Part shown: piece by piece, positions 1 through 6,775 of the stretch
Layout of the letters: each line of letters opens with the position of its first letter
Position numbering within the stretch: the first letter of the stretch is position 1
Assembly: GCA_016715885.1 (NCBI GenBank)
Contig: JADJXL010000022.1
Location: 1-11,587 of the forward strand
Reading direction: 5' to 3'
DNA from: Polyangiaceae bacterium
GTDB lineage: Bacteria > Myxococcota_A > Polyangia > Polyangiales > Polyangiaceae
DNA length: 11,587 bases
Notes under the pieces: model-generated
Database searches by the model: none
What the model was told of the DNA's origin: nothing
Seen by the model: the letters and a program-made list of their open reading frames with translations, nothing else
Position numbers and translations under genes: made by a program

Positions 1-1506
1 ACTTCACGACGCGGTCGCCCGTGACGAGCGATGCCGTCGCCAAAATCGACGCCCGTCAGGCTGTCCGGAGACCGATGCAATGAGCACATATCCGTCGCCC
101 GCCGTGAAGGCCGGCCATTTCCGTGTCGTCGTAGGTACGCACCAACGAAGGCGCGTCCATTTGCGTAAGTGTGGATGGAATCGGAGCGCCGTGATACCAA
201 TGCACCGTGGCGACGATATCCGAATATCGTGCACGTGCACGCAAGTACGTGATCTGCGTTGTCCGCGTCGTTCAGGGGCCGCATCCTCGACGACGCTCGC
301 AGCGCCGATGCATCGAAGGTGAACCACCAGGGTTGCGCCCTGCGAAGGACCCGAACCGGCATCCAACCATTGAGGTCGATGGGTATCTTGGTCCGCTGCC
401 GGACGACGCCATCGTTTGCGAGCGGCGTGATCAGTTCGATGTCGTGATGCTGTCGACGGTGGGCGAAAGAATGGTGGCCCATTCGAAAGGAGCGTTCGGT
501 GTGGCGACGGCAGCGCACACTTCGTCGTCGCAAACGTGGCTCGAGCATTCCTGTCTTCCGGATGTGCACGGCGCGCCGGCATTGGATTGGCAGTTGCCTT
601 GTCCATCCCCTCGGCGGCACGCCGACGGGTGACGAATTCGAATCGCCTTGCCCATTGACCACGTTCGAGCAGGTTTCCGAGCCGGTCCGTTGCACGCCAT
701 GCACGTTCCGGTGCATGCCGTATCGCAACCAGACGCGTCGACGCAGAAACCGGACGAGCATTCGCGCTGGTCGCAAGTACGATCCATTGTCGACCATCGT
801 GCAAGCGGCTGCGCCGCTGCACGTACCGCTGCCGCCGCATTCATCGTCGGGATCGGTTCCCGCCATGATCACGCCGCATTGACCATTGATGCCGCCACCC
901 TTCTTGGCAGCCGAACATGCTCTGCATGTCTCCGTACACGCGCCGCCGCAGCAATATCCATCCACGCAATACCCGGACAAACATTGCGCTCGCGTCACAT
1001 ACGACGCCGTTGTAGCTTTGGCACGTGCCCGTTCCGCTGCACGCACCGGCCGCGCATTCATTGTCGGGATCCTTGCTCGCTGCAATGGGACCACACGTCC
1101 CGTCGGAACCTTGGCTCTTCTTTGTCGCCGTGCAAGCCTCGCACGTTCCCGAGCACGCCGTATGCGCACAGACGTTGTCGACTCAATTCCCCGACGCGCA
1201 TTGCGGATCCCGCGCTGCGCAGCTTATTTTTCGAGGCCCACGGGCGCCGTGCCACCCTGCCCGCTCCGGCGCCTGCTCGCCGGTGCATTCGTCGTCGGGA
1301 TCGGTTCCCGCCGAAATCGGTCCACATTACCCGTTGACGCCGCCTCCCTTTTTGGCAGCCGAACACGCCTACAGCTTCCCGTGCAAGCGTTGCCGCAACA
1401 ATATCCGTCGGCGCAATACCCCGACAAACAGTCGCCCGCCGAACTGCAAACCGCGCCGTTGTACCCTTGGCGTCCCCGATCCATGGACACCCACGCAAAA
1501 GATTCG

Positions 1507-2190
1507 TTATCGGGGTCCTTGTTCGCCAACGATCGGACCGCACGTCCCATCGGCCCCTTGGGACTTCTTCGCCGCCGTGCACGCCTCGCATGTTCCCGTG
1601 CAAGCAGCGTCGCAACAGACGCCGTCGGCGCAATTCCCGGACGAACATTGCGCGCCCATCGAGCACGCGGCGCCATTGCCGAGCCCCGCCATCACGCATG
1701 CGCCCGCGCCGTTGCATTCGCCGCCCGTGCATTCGTCATCCGGATCGGTCCCCGATGCAATTGCCCCGCATTGCCCGTTGAATCCACCTCCCCGTTTCGC
1801 AGCCGAACATGCCCGACACGTCTCCGAGCACGGAGCGCCGCAGCAATACCCATCCGCGCAATTGCCCGACAAGCAATCCGTCGTCTCGCCGCACGTCGCG
1901 CCGTTGTACTTTTTGCAGCTCCCGGTACCATCGCACGAGCCGGATGCGCATTCGTTGTCAGGATCCCCGTAGAGCGCAATCGGGCCGCACGTTCCGTCGT
2001 CGCCTTGACCTTTTTTCGCCGCCGTACACGCCTCGCACGTCCCGCTGCACGCACTGTCACAGCACACGCCATCGACGCAAAACCCGCTCGCGCATTCCGC
2101 GCCCGTGCTGCACGTTTGCGCATTGCTCGGTGGAGGAAGCACCGACTCTGCAGATGCTTTTTCCGCGCACCCCCGGCCCGGCAACTTCAT
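1507..2190 (-). CDS. Cysteine-rich repeat segment (about 3.5 copies of a CxSGxCxDGxCCxxxCxGTCxACxxAKKGxGxDGxCGPI...DPDxEC module). It is the body of the lipoprotein gene and continues from the 2057..2383 segment through a frameshift.
   Basis: The 227-aa ORF contains 40+ cysteines in a regularly spaced repeat. The module resembles the Dickkopf N-terminal cysteine-rich fold (DCxSGxCxDGyCC). The listed Met start is probably not the real one, because the upstream frame carries the signal peptide. Confidence 0.5.
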   Translation of the reverse strand: MKLPGRGCAEKASAESVLPPPSNAQTCSTGAECASGFCVDGVCCDSACSGTCEACTAAKKGQGDDGTCGPIALYGDPDNECASGSCDGTGSCKKYNGATCGETTDCLSGNCADGYCCGAPCSETCRACSAAKRGGGFNGQCGAIASGTDPDDECTGGECNGAGACVMAGLGNGAACSMGAQCSSGNCADGVCCDAACTGTCEACTAAKKSQGADGTCGPIVGEQGPR

Positions 2191-2383
2191 CGGGTCCCCA
2201 AGGCACCGCCTCTTCGCTCACGGTATCCGTACTGCGAACACTGCCGCTCGTTCCGCCAGCACCTTCCGTGCTGCCCTGGTCTTCGGCGCCGCATCCGGTC
2301 GCGGCGGTCATGAGTGCCAAACAAAGGACGCCAAGTGATCCTCGGGTGGGCCCAAAAGGCACCCGGTGCCAAGTCGAATTCAT
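2057..2383 (-). CDS. N-terminal segment (signal peptide with probable lipobox, LGVLCLALMTAATGC) of the cysteine-rich repeat lipoprotein. It switches into the frame of ORF 1507..2190 at about 2150.
   Basis: ATG at 2381-2383 on the minus strand. A hydrophobic h-region is followed by Cys. Deleting one A from the A5 run at about 2150-2154 joins the reading ...DEVAGPGVRGK to ASAESVLPPPSNAQTCSTGAECASGFCVDG... in the next frame. Confidence 0.45.
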   Translation of the reverse strand: MNSTWHRVPFGPTRGSLGVLCLALMTAATGCGAEDQGSTEGAGGTSGSVRSTDTVSEEAVPWGPDEVAGPGVRGKSICRVGASSTEQCANVQHGRGMRERVLRRWRVL

Positions 2384-2572
2384 TGTCGTGTGCCCTTTCT
2401 TCGTGGCGCAACCGTGCTAGCGCCCCAGTTTTCGAAATGCGCGCATCCGCGGCTTCTGCGTAGGATGTTATCAAACCACTGCTTGGTCTTCAATTGATTG
2501 ATGTTCCCCCGCGCGCACTTCTCGCTATCTTGCTCGCGCCGAGCGCACGCGCGGCAAGAGGAGTGCGACGAG
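2384..2572. promoter_or_regulatory. Divergent intergenic promoter region between the minus-strand lipoprotein gene (start 2383) and the plus-strand Rieske/cytochrome b operon (start 2573). It includes the Rieske RBS AAGAGGAG at 2556-2563.
   Basis: 189 bp non-coding gap between divergent gene starts. AAGAGGAG lies 9 nt upstream of ATG 2573. AT-richer stretches are present (ttgattgatg, ttatcaaacc). Exact -35/-10 boxes are not resolved. Confidence 0.4.
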
Positions 2573-3151
2573 ATGGCGGAAGAGATGCAGAACGAGCTGG
2601 TCGAAGAGCCTCCCAGGGTGGAACCTCCAGCAGACCTAGGCCGGACGACGAACCGTCGAGGTGCCCTCAAGGCGCTCGCTGCCGCGTCGGGAGCGATTTA
2701 TGCCGGCGCGCTCATCGTGCCCGTCACCCGCATGCTCGCCCCCTCCTCCAACGGCGAAGCGGGAAAGGCTCGATGGATCCGTGTCGGACGCCTCGCAGAC
2801 GTCAAGCCCGACGAACCCAAACGCGTCGTCGTGATCGCTGACGAACGCGATGCGTACACCATCACGCGCGATCAACTCCTCGGCTCGCTCTGGCTCGTTC
2901 GCAAGGGCGATCAAGTCACCGCGCTCAGCGCGGTTTGCCCTCACCTCGGTTGCTCCATCGACCTCAACGCAGACAAGCAAAGCTACGCATGTCCGTGTCA
3001 CGTCTCCAAGTTCTCGCTCGCCGGTGAAGCCCTCTCGGGCCCGTCACCTCGCGCGATGGATCCGCTCCAAGTACGCGTCGTGGACGGGTTTGTCGAAGTT
3101 GATTTCCGACGCTTTCGGCAAGGCATCCCCACGAAGGAGGAAGTCGGGTGA
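2573..3151 (+). CDS. Rieske [2Fe-2S] iron-sulfur subunit of a cytochrome bc-type complex, Tat-exported.
   Basis: Box I CPHLGC is at 2936-2953 and box II CPCH at 2990-3001. A twin-arginine motif (TNRRGALKALAAASGA) precedes a hydrophobic anchor. A strong RBS precedes ATG 2573. An in-frame upstream ATG at 2498 exists but has no RBS. The stop overlaps the next start in GTGA at 3148-3151. Confidence 0.9.
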   Translation: MAEEMQNELVEEPPRVEPPADLGRTTNRRGALKALAAASGAIYAGALIVPVTRMLAPSSNGEAGKARWIRVGRLADVKPDEPKRVVVIADERDAYTITRDQLLGSLWLVRKGDQVTALSAVCPHLGCSIDLNADKQSYACPCHVSKFSLAGEALSGPSPRAMDPLQVRVVDGFVEVDFRRFRQGIPTKEEVG

Positions 3152-4905
3152 AACTCGGCGATTGGATTGACGAACGCACGGGCTACCGACAGCTCGTGAA
3201 AAGCTTCGTGGAAGCGACCGTGCCTGGAGGCGCTCGTTTCGCTTACGCGTGGGGCACGGCCCTCGGCCTGATGCTCGTGGTCGTCGCCGTCACCGGCGTG
3301 CTTCTCTCCACGGTGTATGCGCCGAGTGCCACGACGGCGTGGGCCAGCGTTGCATACATCCAGCAAAAGGTGCCCGCCGGCTGGATCGTCCGCGGCCTGC
3401 ATCAGTTCGGTGCGCAAGCGCTCATCGTCCTCGGCGCCGTGCATCTCGTGCACGCCATCGTCCGAGGCGCGTACCGAAGGCCGCGCGAATTCACCTATTG
3501 GCTCGGCCTTTTGCTCTTCGGCCTCATCGTCGCCTTCGCGCTCACGGGCAACCCCTTGCGCTGGGATCAACGCGGATTCTGGGCGCTGCGCGTCGAAACC
3601 GGCATCATGGGCACCGTGCCCGTCGTCGGCACCATCATGCAAGAAGCGCTTCTCGGCGGCAGTTTGCCCGGGAACCTCACCCTCACGCGCCTCTACGCCG
3701 CGCACGCCATCGTCTTGCCGCTCGTGACGGGCCTGCTCTTCGCCATGCACGTCATGATCTCGCGAAAGCACGGCCCGGCGCTCGAAACGCCCGCGGATGC
3801 GGTCAAAGTCGAACGATATTTTCCATCGCAAGCTGCACGTGATCTCGTCGTCGCGCTGCTCGTCCTTGCCGTCGTCTTCGTTCTCACGTGGAAGCATCAC
3901 GGCGCGCCGCTCGACGCTCCGGCCGACCCGACGAGCGATTATCCGGCGCGTCCCGAATGGTACTTCCTCGCGCTCTACGAAATGCGCAAGCCGTTTCCGG
4001 GACGCCTCGAGCTCATCGCGACGGTCGTGCTTCCATTTCTCGTCGTCGGGTATCTCCTTTTGCTTCCGCTCTTCGACAAGAAGGCCGATCGAGGTGTCAT
4101 GAAGCGCCTCCCGGTGCTCGTTCCGGTGGCGCTTTTTGGCATTGGCGCGGGCGTTCTCACGGGCGCGTCGATTAGACACGACGCGGCGGATCCCGAATTC
4201 GTCAAGGCCGTTGCAAAAGCCGAGACACACGCCAAGAAATCGCTTGCGATTGCATTCGAGGGGGTACCTCCCGAGGGTGCATTGGCGATGATGCGCAATC
4301 ATCCTGAAACGCGGCGCGTGTGGCTATACGAGCAGCATTGTGCGAGCTGTCATCGCATGGGCGAAATGGGACCTCCGGCCGGCGAGGACACGGCGCCGGA
4401 CCTCACCGGGTTTGGCTCGGCGTCATGGGCTACGCGAGTGCTCATGGAGCCGGATCACGATTCGATGTTCGGCAAGACGGCATTCAAAGGCATGATGCCG
4501 AGCATGACGACGCCGCCTGACGACCCTGAAATGGCCAAGGAATTCTCGCCCATGAAGCAGGAGGACTTGAATGCCATCGTGGAATTCTTGGCGGCGCAAG
4601 CCGAGGGTGAGGGCGCGGGAATGCCGGGTGAAAAACTCGTGCGACAGCGGTGCACGGGTTGTCATCGATTCGATGGGAAAACCGACGACGAAGAATCGCT
4701 TGCACCGGAGCTTCGAGGTTGGGGATCTGTGGCGTGGATATTGGCGCAGATTGACAATCCTGGCAGTGGCAAGACGTATCCCAAGGGCGCGATGGATCCG
4801 AAGCTCGAGGGCCACATGCCGGCATTTGCGGAAAAACTGAGCGACGCCGATCGCAAGCTATTGGCGTCGTTCGTGCAAATGCAGGCGAAGAATAAAGTGA
4901 AGTAA
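3148..4905 (+). CDS. Cytochrome b (full-length, b6-plus-subunit-IV equivalent with PEWY motif) fused at its C-terminus to a di-haem c-type cytochrome domain.
   Basis: N-terminus MKLGDWIDERTGYRQLVKSF resembles cytochrome b/b6. Haem ligands are LHQFGAQALIVLGAVH (His i, i+14) and AAHAIVLPLVTGLLFAMH (His i, i+15, the b6-like spacing). The Qo-site motif PEWY is in ARPEWYFLALYE. There are two CxxCH motifs: CASCH (4339-4353) and CTGCH (4651-4665). GTG start at 3148 has RBS AAGGAGG at 3134-3140. The gene is translationally coupled to the Rieske gene. Confidence 0.9.
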   Translation: MKLGDWIDERTGYRQLVKSFVEATVPGGARFAYAWGTALGLMLVVVAVTGVLLSTVYAPSATTAWASVAYIQQKVPAGWIVRGLHQFGAQALIVLGAVHLVHAIVRGAYRRPREFTYWLGLLLFGLIVAFALTGNPLRWDQRGFWALRVETGIMGTVPVVGTIMQEALLGGSLPGNLTLTRLYAAHAIVLPLVTGLLFAMHVMISRKHGPALETPADAVKVERYFPSQAARDLVVALLVLAVVFVLTWKHHGAPLDAPADPTSDYPARPEWYFLALYEMRKPFPGRLELIATVVLPFLVVGYLLLLPLFDKKADRGVMKRLPVLVPVALFGIGAGVLTGASIRHDAADPEFVKAVAKAETHAKKSLAIAFEGVPPEGALAMMRNHPETRRVWLYEQHCASCHRMGEMGPPAGEDTAPDLTGFGSASWATRVLMEPDHDSMFGKTAFKGMMPSMTTPPDDPEMAKEFSPMKQEDLNAIVEFLAAQAEGEGAGMPGEKLVRQRCTGCHRFDGKTDDEESLAPELRGWGSVAWILAQIDNPGSGKTYPKGAMDPKLEGHMPAFAEKLSDADRKLLASFVQMQAKNKVK

Positions 4906-4946
4906 CTCTGCTCCGCAGATTTCCCCGCCCGCCGTATTGCTTCGAA

Positions 4947-5354
4947 TCAATCCATGTGCTCGATGCTTTCGGGCACGTTCACCCAGCCATGTTTTCGAGC
5001 CTCATATACGGAGAACGTGGGCGCTGGGAAGTCCGGATCCGCAAAGGCACCCACCGGCACCGCAATGACATCGGGCATATCGGCGATATCGTAAAACACG
5101 GTCGATCCGCATGTAGGGCAGAACCGAAACGTGACCGTCCCGCCGGAATCACCGATACGGACGAAGCTCGTAGCGACGCCTTCGATTTTCACTTTGTCGG
5201 CTGGCCAGCGCGCTTGTTGCCCGAAGGGGCTTCCCGTTCGTCGCTGGCACGCGAGACAGTGGCACATCGATACGCGGATCGGGTCGCCGTCGCATGTGAC
5301 CCGTAGCTGCCCGCAACTGCATTGGGCGTGTCGTGAACGTATGGTTGGTTTCAT
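4947..5354 (-). CDS. GFA family protein (glutathione-dependent formaldehyde-activating enzyme / CENP-V-like zinc-binding domain).
   Basis: The 135-aa product has the cysteine pattern CSCGQLRVTC...CHCLACQRRTG...FCPTCGST, which is diagnostic of the GFA fold. ATG is at 5352-5354 on the minus strand. The gene is convergent with the cytochrome b gene, separated by a 41-bp gap. Confidence 0.75.
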   Translation of the reverse strand: MKPTIRSRHAQCSCGQLRVTCDGDPIRVSMCHCLACQRRTGSPFGQQARWPADKVKIEGVATSFVRIGDSGGTVTFRFCPTCGSTVFYDIADMPDVIAVPVGAFADPDFPAPTFSVYEARKHGWVNVPESIEHMD

Positions 5355-5691
5355 CTGCGGCTTGTGAGTACCTCGAGGATGTGAGCGAGCTTGGTGCGTA
5401 CTGTAGGCACGTTGTTCGCGTTGTGAAAAGCACGAAGTTGCGCGTGCTCGACGATTTTCCGGGCCTCGCGCAGGTCGGATCAGCGCATTCGAGGGGTCAC
5501 GGGGACGTGGGATCGACGTTGCGTCTTCGGTTTGCGCCTCACGACGGCGTGGTCGCGCGAGGATGACTGGCGCGACGGGGTCGCAGAGGCGTGGCCTGCG
5601 AGTGCGCTTGGAGGTGGCTCGCTACGGGACGTCGTGAGGTGCCTCGGCTGGCTGGGCGGGGCGGTTCATGGCGTCGTGAGGTGGTCGATGG

Positions 5692-5815
5692 ATGCGGCGC
5701 GGGCGGCTCACGAAGGTGCGGCTGGTGCGGCGCATGCTGGGAAAACCGCGCCACGAGCAAGGGAATGCGTGCGCGAGCGGAGGGAGGCGATTGCACGAGG
5801 GTGTGGGGTGGGTGA
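5692..5815. repeat. Direct repeat copy 1 (about 124 bp), lying immediately 3' of the two-gene cassette on the minus strand.
   Basis: Read directly from the sequence: ATGCGGCGCGGGCGGCTC...GCGCCACGAGCAAGGGAATGCG...GGGAGGCGATTGCACGAGGGTGTGGGGTGGGTGA. About 80% identity to 6651-6775 with one 3-nt indel. Confidence 0.7.
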
Positions 5816-5826
5816 CATAGCGGCAA

Positions 5827-6201
5827 TCATGCCGCTTCGGGCAAGATGTACTTGATCGGCCGTACGGGCGGCACGGTCGAGGCCGCTTTAGCGAGCTCGG
5901 TGTCTGCCTCGGCGCGCAAGGCATCGAGCTTGGCCGCCGCTTCTGGAGAGACCCCCTCCGCCAGATAGAGATCCACGAGCCAGAGGGCGCGGAGGGGATC
6001 GGCCGCGCTCAGTGCGGCAGTGACCGCTCCCAGGCGCGCGATTTCGCCTTCTAGGTCATGCGCCGACGTCAAGTCGGCGATCGACTCTTCGATGCGCCCG
6101 ACCTCTCGGAAGGCTTCCCGCGCCTCGTCCGAGCCCGCTGCAAGACGCTCCGCACGGAGGATCGCCTCGGTCACACGAACGTTCAGCTCATTCAGTTCCA
6201 T
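5827..6201 (-). CDS. Hypothetical acidic, Ala/Glu-rich alpha-helical protein of 124 aa. It is the second gene of the repeat-flanked cassette.
   Basis: ATG at 6199-6201 on the minus strand is preceded by GGAG 5 nt upstream. It overlaps the stop of the upstream gene by 14 nt (ATGGAACTGAATGA). The ORF track extends the ORF to 6369, but that extension overlaps the upstream gene out of frame. GC-rich third codon positions are consistent with coding. No recognisable family. Confidence 0.55.
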   Translation of the reverse strand: MELNELNVRVTEAILRAERLAAGSDEAREAFREVGRIEESIADLTSAHDLEGEIARLGAVTAALSAADPLRALWLVDLYLAEGVSPEAAAKLDALRAEADTELAKAASTVPPVRPIKYILPEAA

Positions 6202-6622
6202 CGCTGCTCCAAAAGAGTGCCTTCGGTTCGACGAAGCGTACCACGCACGCCGCCCGCGCGGTTCCCTTCGGCCAAGAGGCCCCTTGCGCTTGGGTGACCT
6301 TCCGTTTGTACAGCATTTCGAGGTCGCCTTCGTCCGTACCGCCGACCTCGACGATGACGTTTTGGCCACCGCTCCCTATCAACCAATCGGCCCCTTCCGA
6401 AAGCCGAGATTGGAGCCGCCGCTTCACCTTCCACCCACCGCGCCTCCCGGTCAATGCGAGCGCGAGAGCTTCCGCGCCCTCCTCCGTGACCCTATTGAAG
6501 TCTTCCATTTGGGCGAGCTGCAGCGGAATTTCTTTCCACTTCAGGGCCTCACGAAGATCTTTGCCGCGCATGGTCCCCGAGAGATTTATGCCCGATTGAT
6601 GACGGCGCTCCAATGCAATCAC
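6188..6622 (-). CDS. Hypothetical basic protein of 127-144 aa. It is the first gene of the repeat-flanked cassette. The start is uncertain: GTG 6622, TTG 6613 or ATG 6571.
   Basis: The ORF is intact in the window. Its stop overlaps the start of the downstream gene. The product (…GRRGGWKVKRRLQSRLSEGADWLIGSGGQNVIVEVGGTDEGDLEMLYKRK…) has no family I can assign. Third codon positions end in A/T noticeably more often than in neighbouring genes. Confidence 0.5.
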   Translation of the reverse strand: MIALERRHQSGINLSGTMRGKDLREALKWKEIPLQLAQMEDFNRVTEEGAEALALALTGRRGGWKVKRRLQSRLSEGADWLIGSGGQNVIVEVGGTDEGDLEMLYKRKVTQAQGASWPKGTARAACVVRFVEPKALFWSSDGTE

Positions 6623-6650
6623 CGCACGAAACTGGACCGCAGGTCGGTGT

Positions 6651-6775
6651 ATGCGGCGCGGGCGGCTCGCGGTGCTGCGGATGGTGCTGTGCGGGCCGGG
6701 AGTGCCGCGCCACGAGCAAGGGAGTGCGCGAGCAAAAGAAGGGAGGCGATTTCACGAGGGTGGGGGGTGGGGAGG
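6651..6775. repeat. Direct repeat copy 2 (about 125 bp), lying immediately 5' of the cassette (28 bp from the 6622 start).
   Basis: ATGCGGCGCGGGCGGCTCGCGGTGCTGCGG...GCGCCACGAGCAAGGGAGTGCG...GGGAGGCGATTTCACGAGGGTGGGGGGTGGGGAGGG. It aligns with 5692-5815 in the same orientation. It contains the G-run series GGG T GGGGGG T GGGG A GGG. Confidence 0.7.

Larger units (their letters stand above)
431..2383 (-). pseudogene. Disrupted gene for a secreted/lipoprotein cysteine-rich repeat protein with Dickkopf-N-like CxSGxCxDGxCC modules. The reading frame is broken by several frameshifts and at least two in-frame stop codons.
   Basis: Minus-strand ORFs at 2057..2383, 1507..2190, 1224..1676 and 431..844 sit in three different frames. 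All encode pieces of the same ~50-aa repeat, for example CSMGAQCSSGNCADGVCCDAACTGTCEACTAAKKSQGADGTCGPI. Manual translation of the minus strand shows the repeat continuing in shifted frames. In the repeat-consistent frame a TAA lies at minus-strand codon 1327-1329, giving ...CSAAKKGGGVNG*CGPISAGTDPDDECTG where Q is expected. A TGA also replaces an expected Cys near position 1195 (CASGN*VDNVCAHTACSGTCEAC). The N-terminus (2383 going down) carries a signal peptide with a lipobox-like AATGC. Confidence 0.5.

Noticed and set aside
886-2313. Plus-strand ORFs of 475 aa (886..2313) and 315 aa (1025..1972) across the Cys-repeat locus.
   Set aside because: Their products are Arg/Pro/Ser-rich low-complexity translations such as ...RRRARLACSRASS.... 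They are antisense or out-of-frame readings of the minus-strand cysteine-rich repeats. GC-rich DNA gives long spurious ORFs.
2998-4302. 434-aa minus-strand ORF antisense to the cytochrome b gene.
   Set aside because: It overlaps a gene with unmistakable cytochrome b motifs on the other strand. Its product is charged low-complexity sequence (RRDELEASRKRLAHF...) with no domain.
4906-4946. Rho-independent terminator between the convergent cytochrome b and GFA genes.
   Set aside because: Only a 4-bp stem (CTGC-TCC-GCAG) is present, with no T-tract. This is not convincing.
5360-5690. Possible small gene or tRNA in the 330-bp gap between the GFA gene and repeat copy 1. A 12-bp direct repeat CGTCGTGAGGTG occurs at about 5630 and 5672.
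   Set aside because: There is no cloverleaf-compatible sequence and no T-loop GGTTCGANTCC motif. Only short ORFs without RBS are present. The 12-mer repeat is too short to interpret in 68% GC DNA.
5827-6369. Extended 180-aa version of the second cassette gene, starting at 6369 as listed in the ORF track.
   Set aside because: The extra 56 N-terminal residues (MAKTSSSRSAVRTKATSKCC...) overlap the upstream gene out of frame for about 180 nt. The internal ATG at 6201 has a GGAG RBS and forms a typical stop/start overlap.
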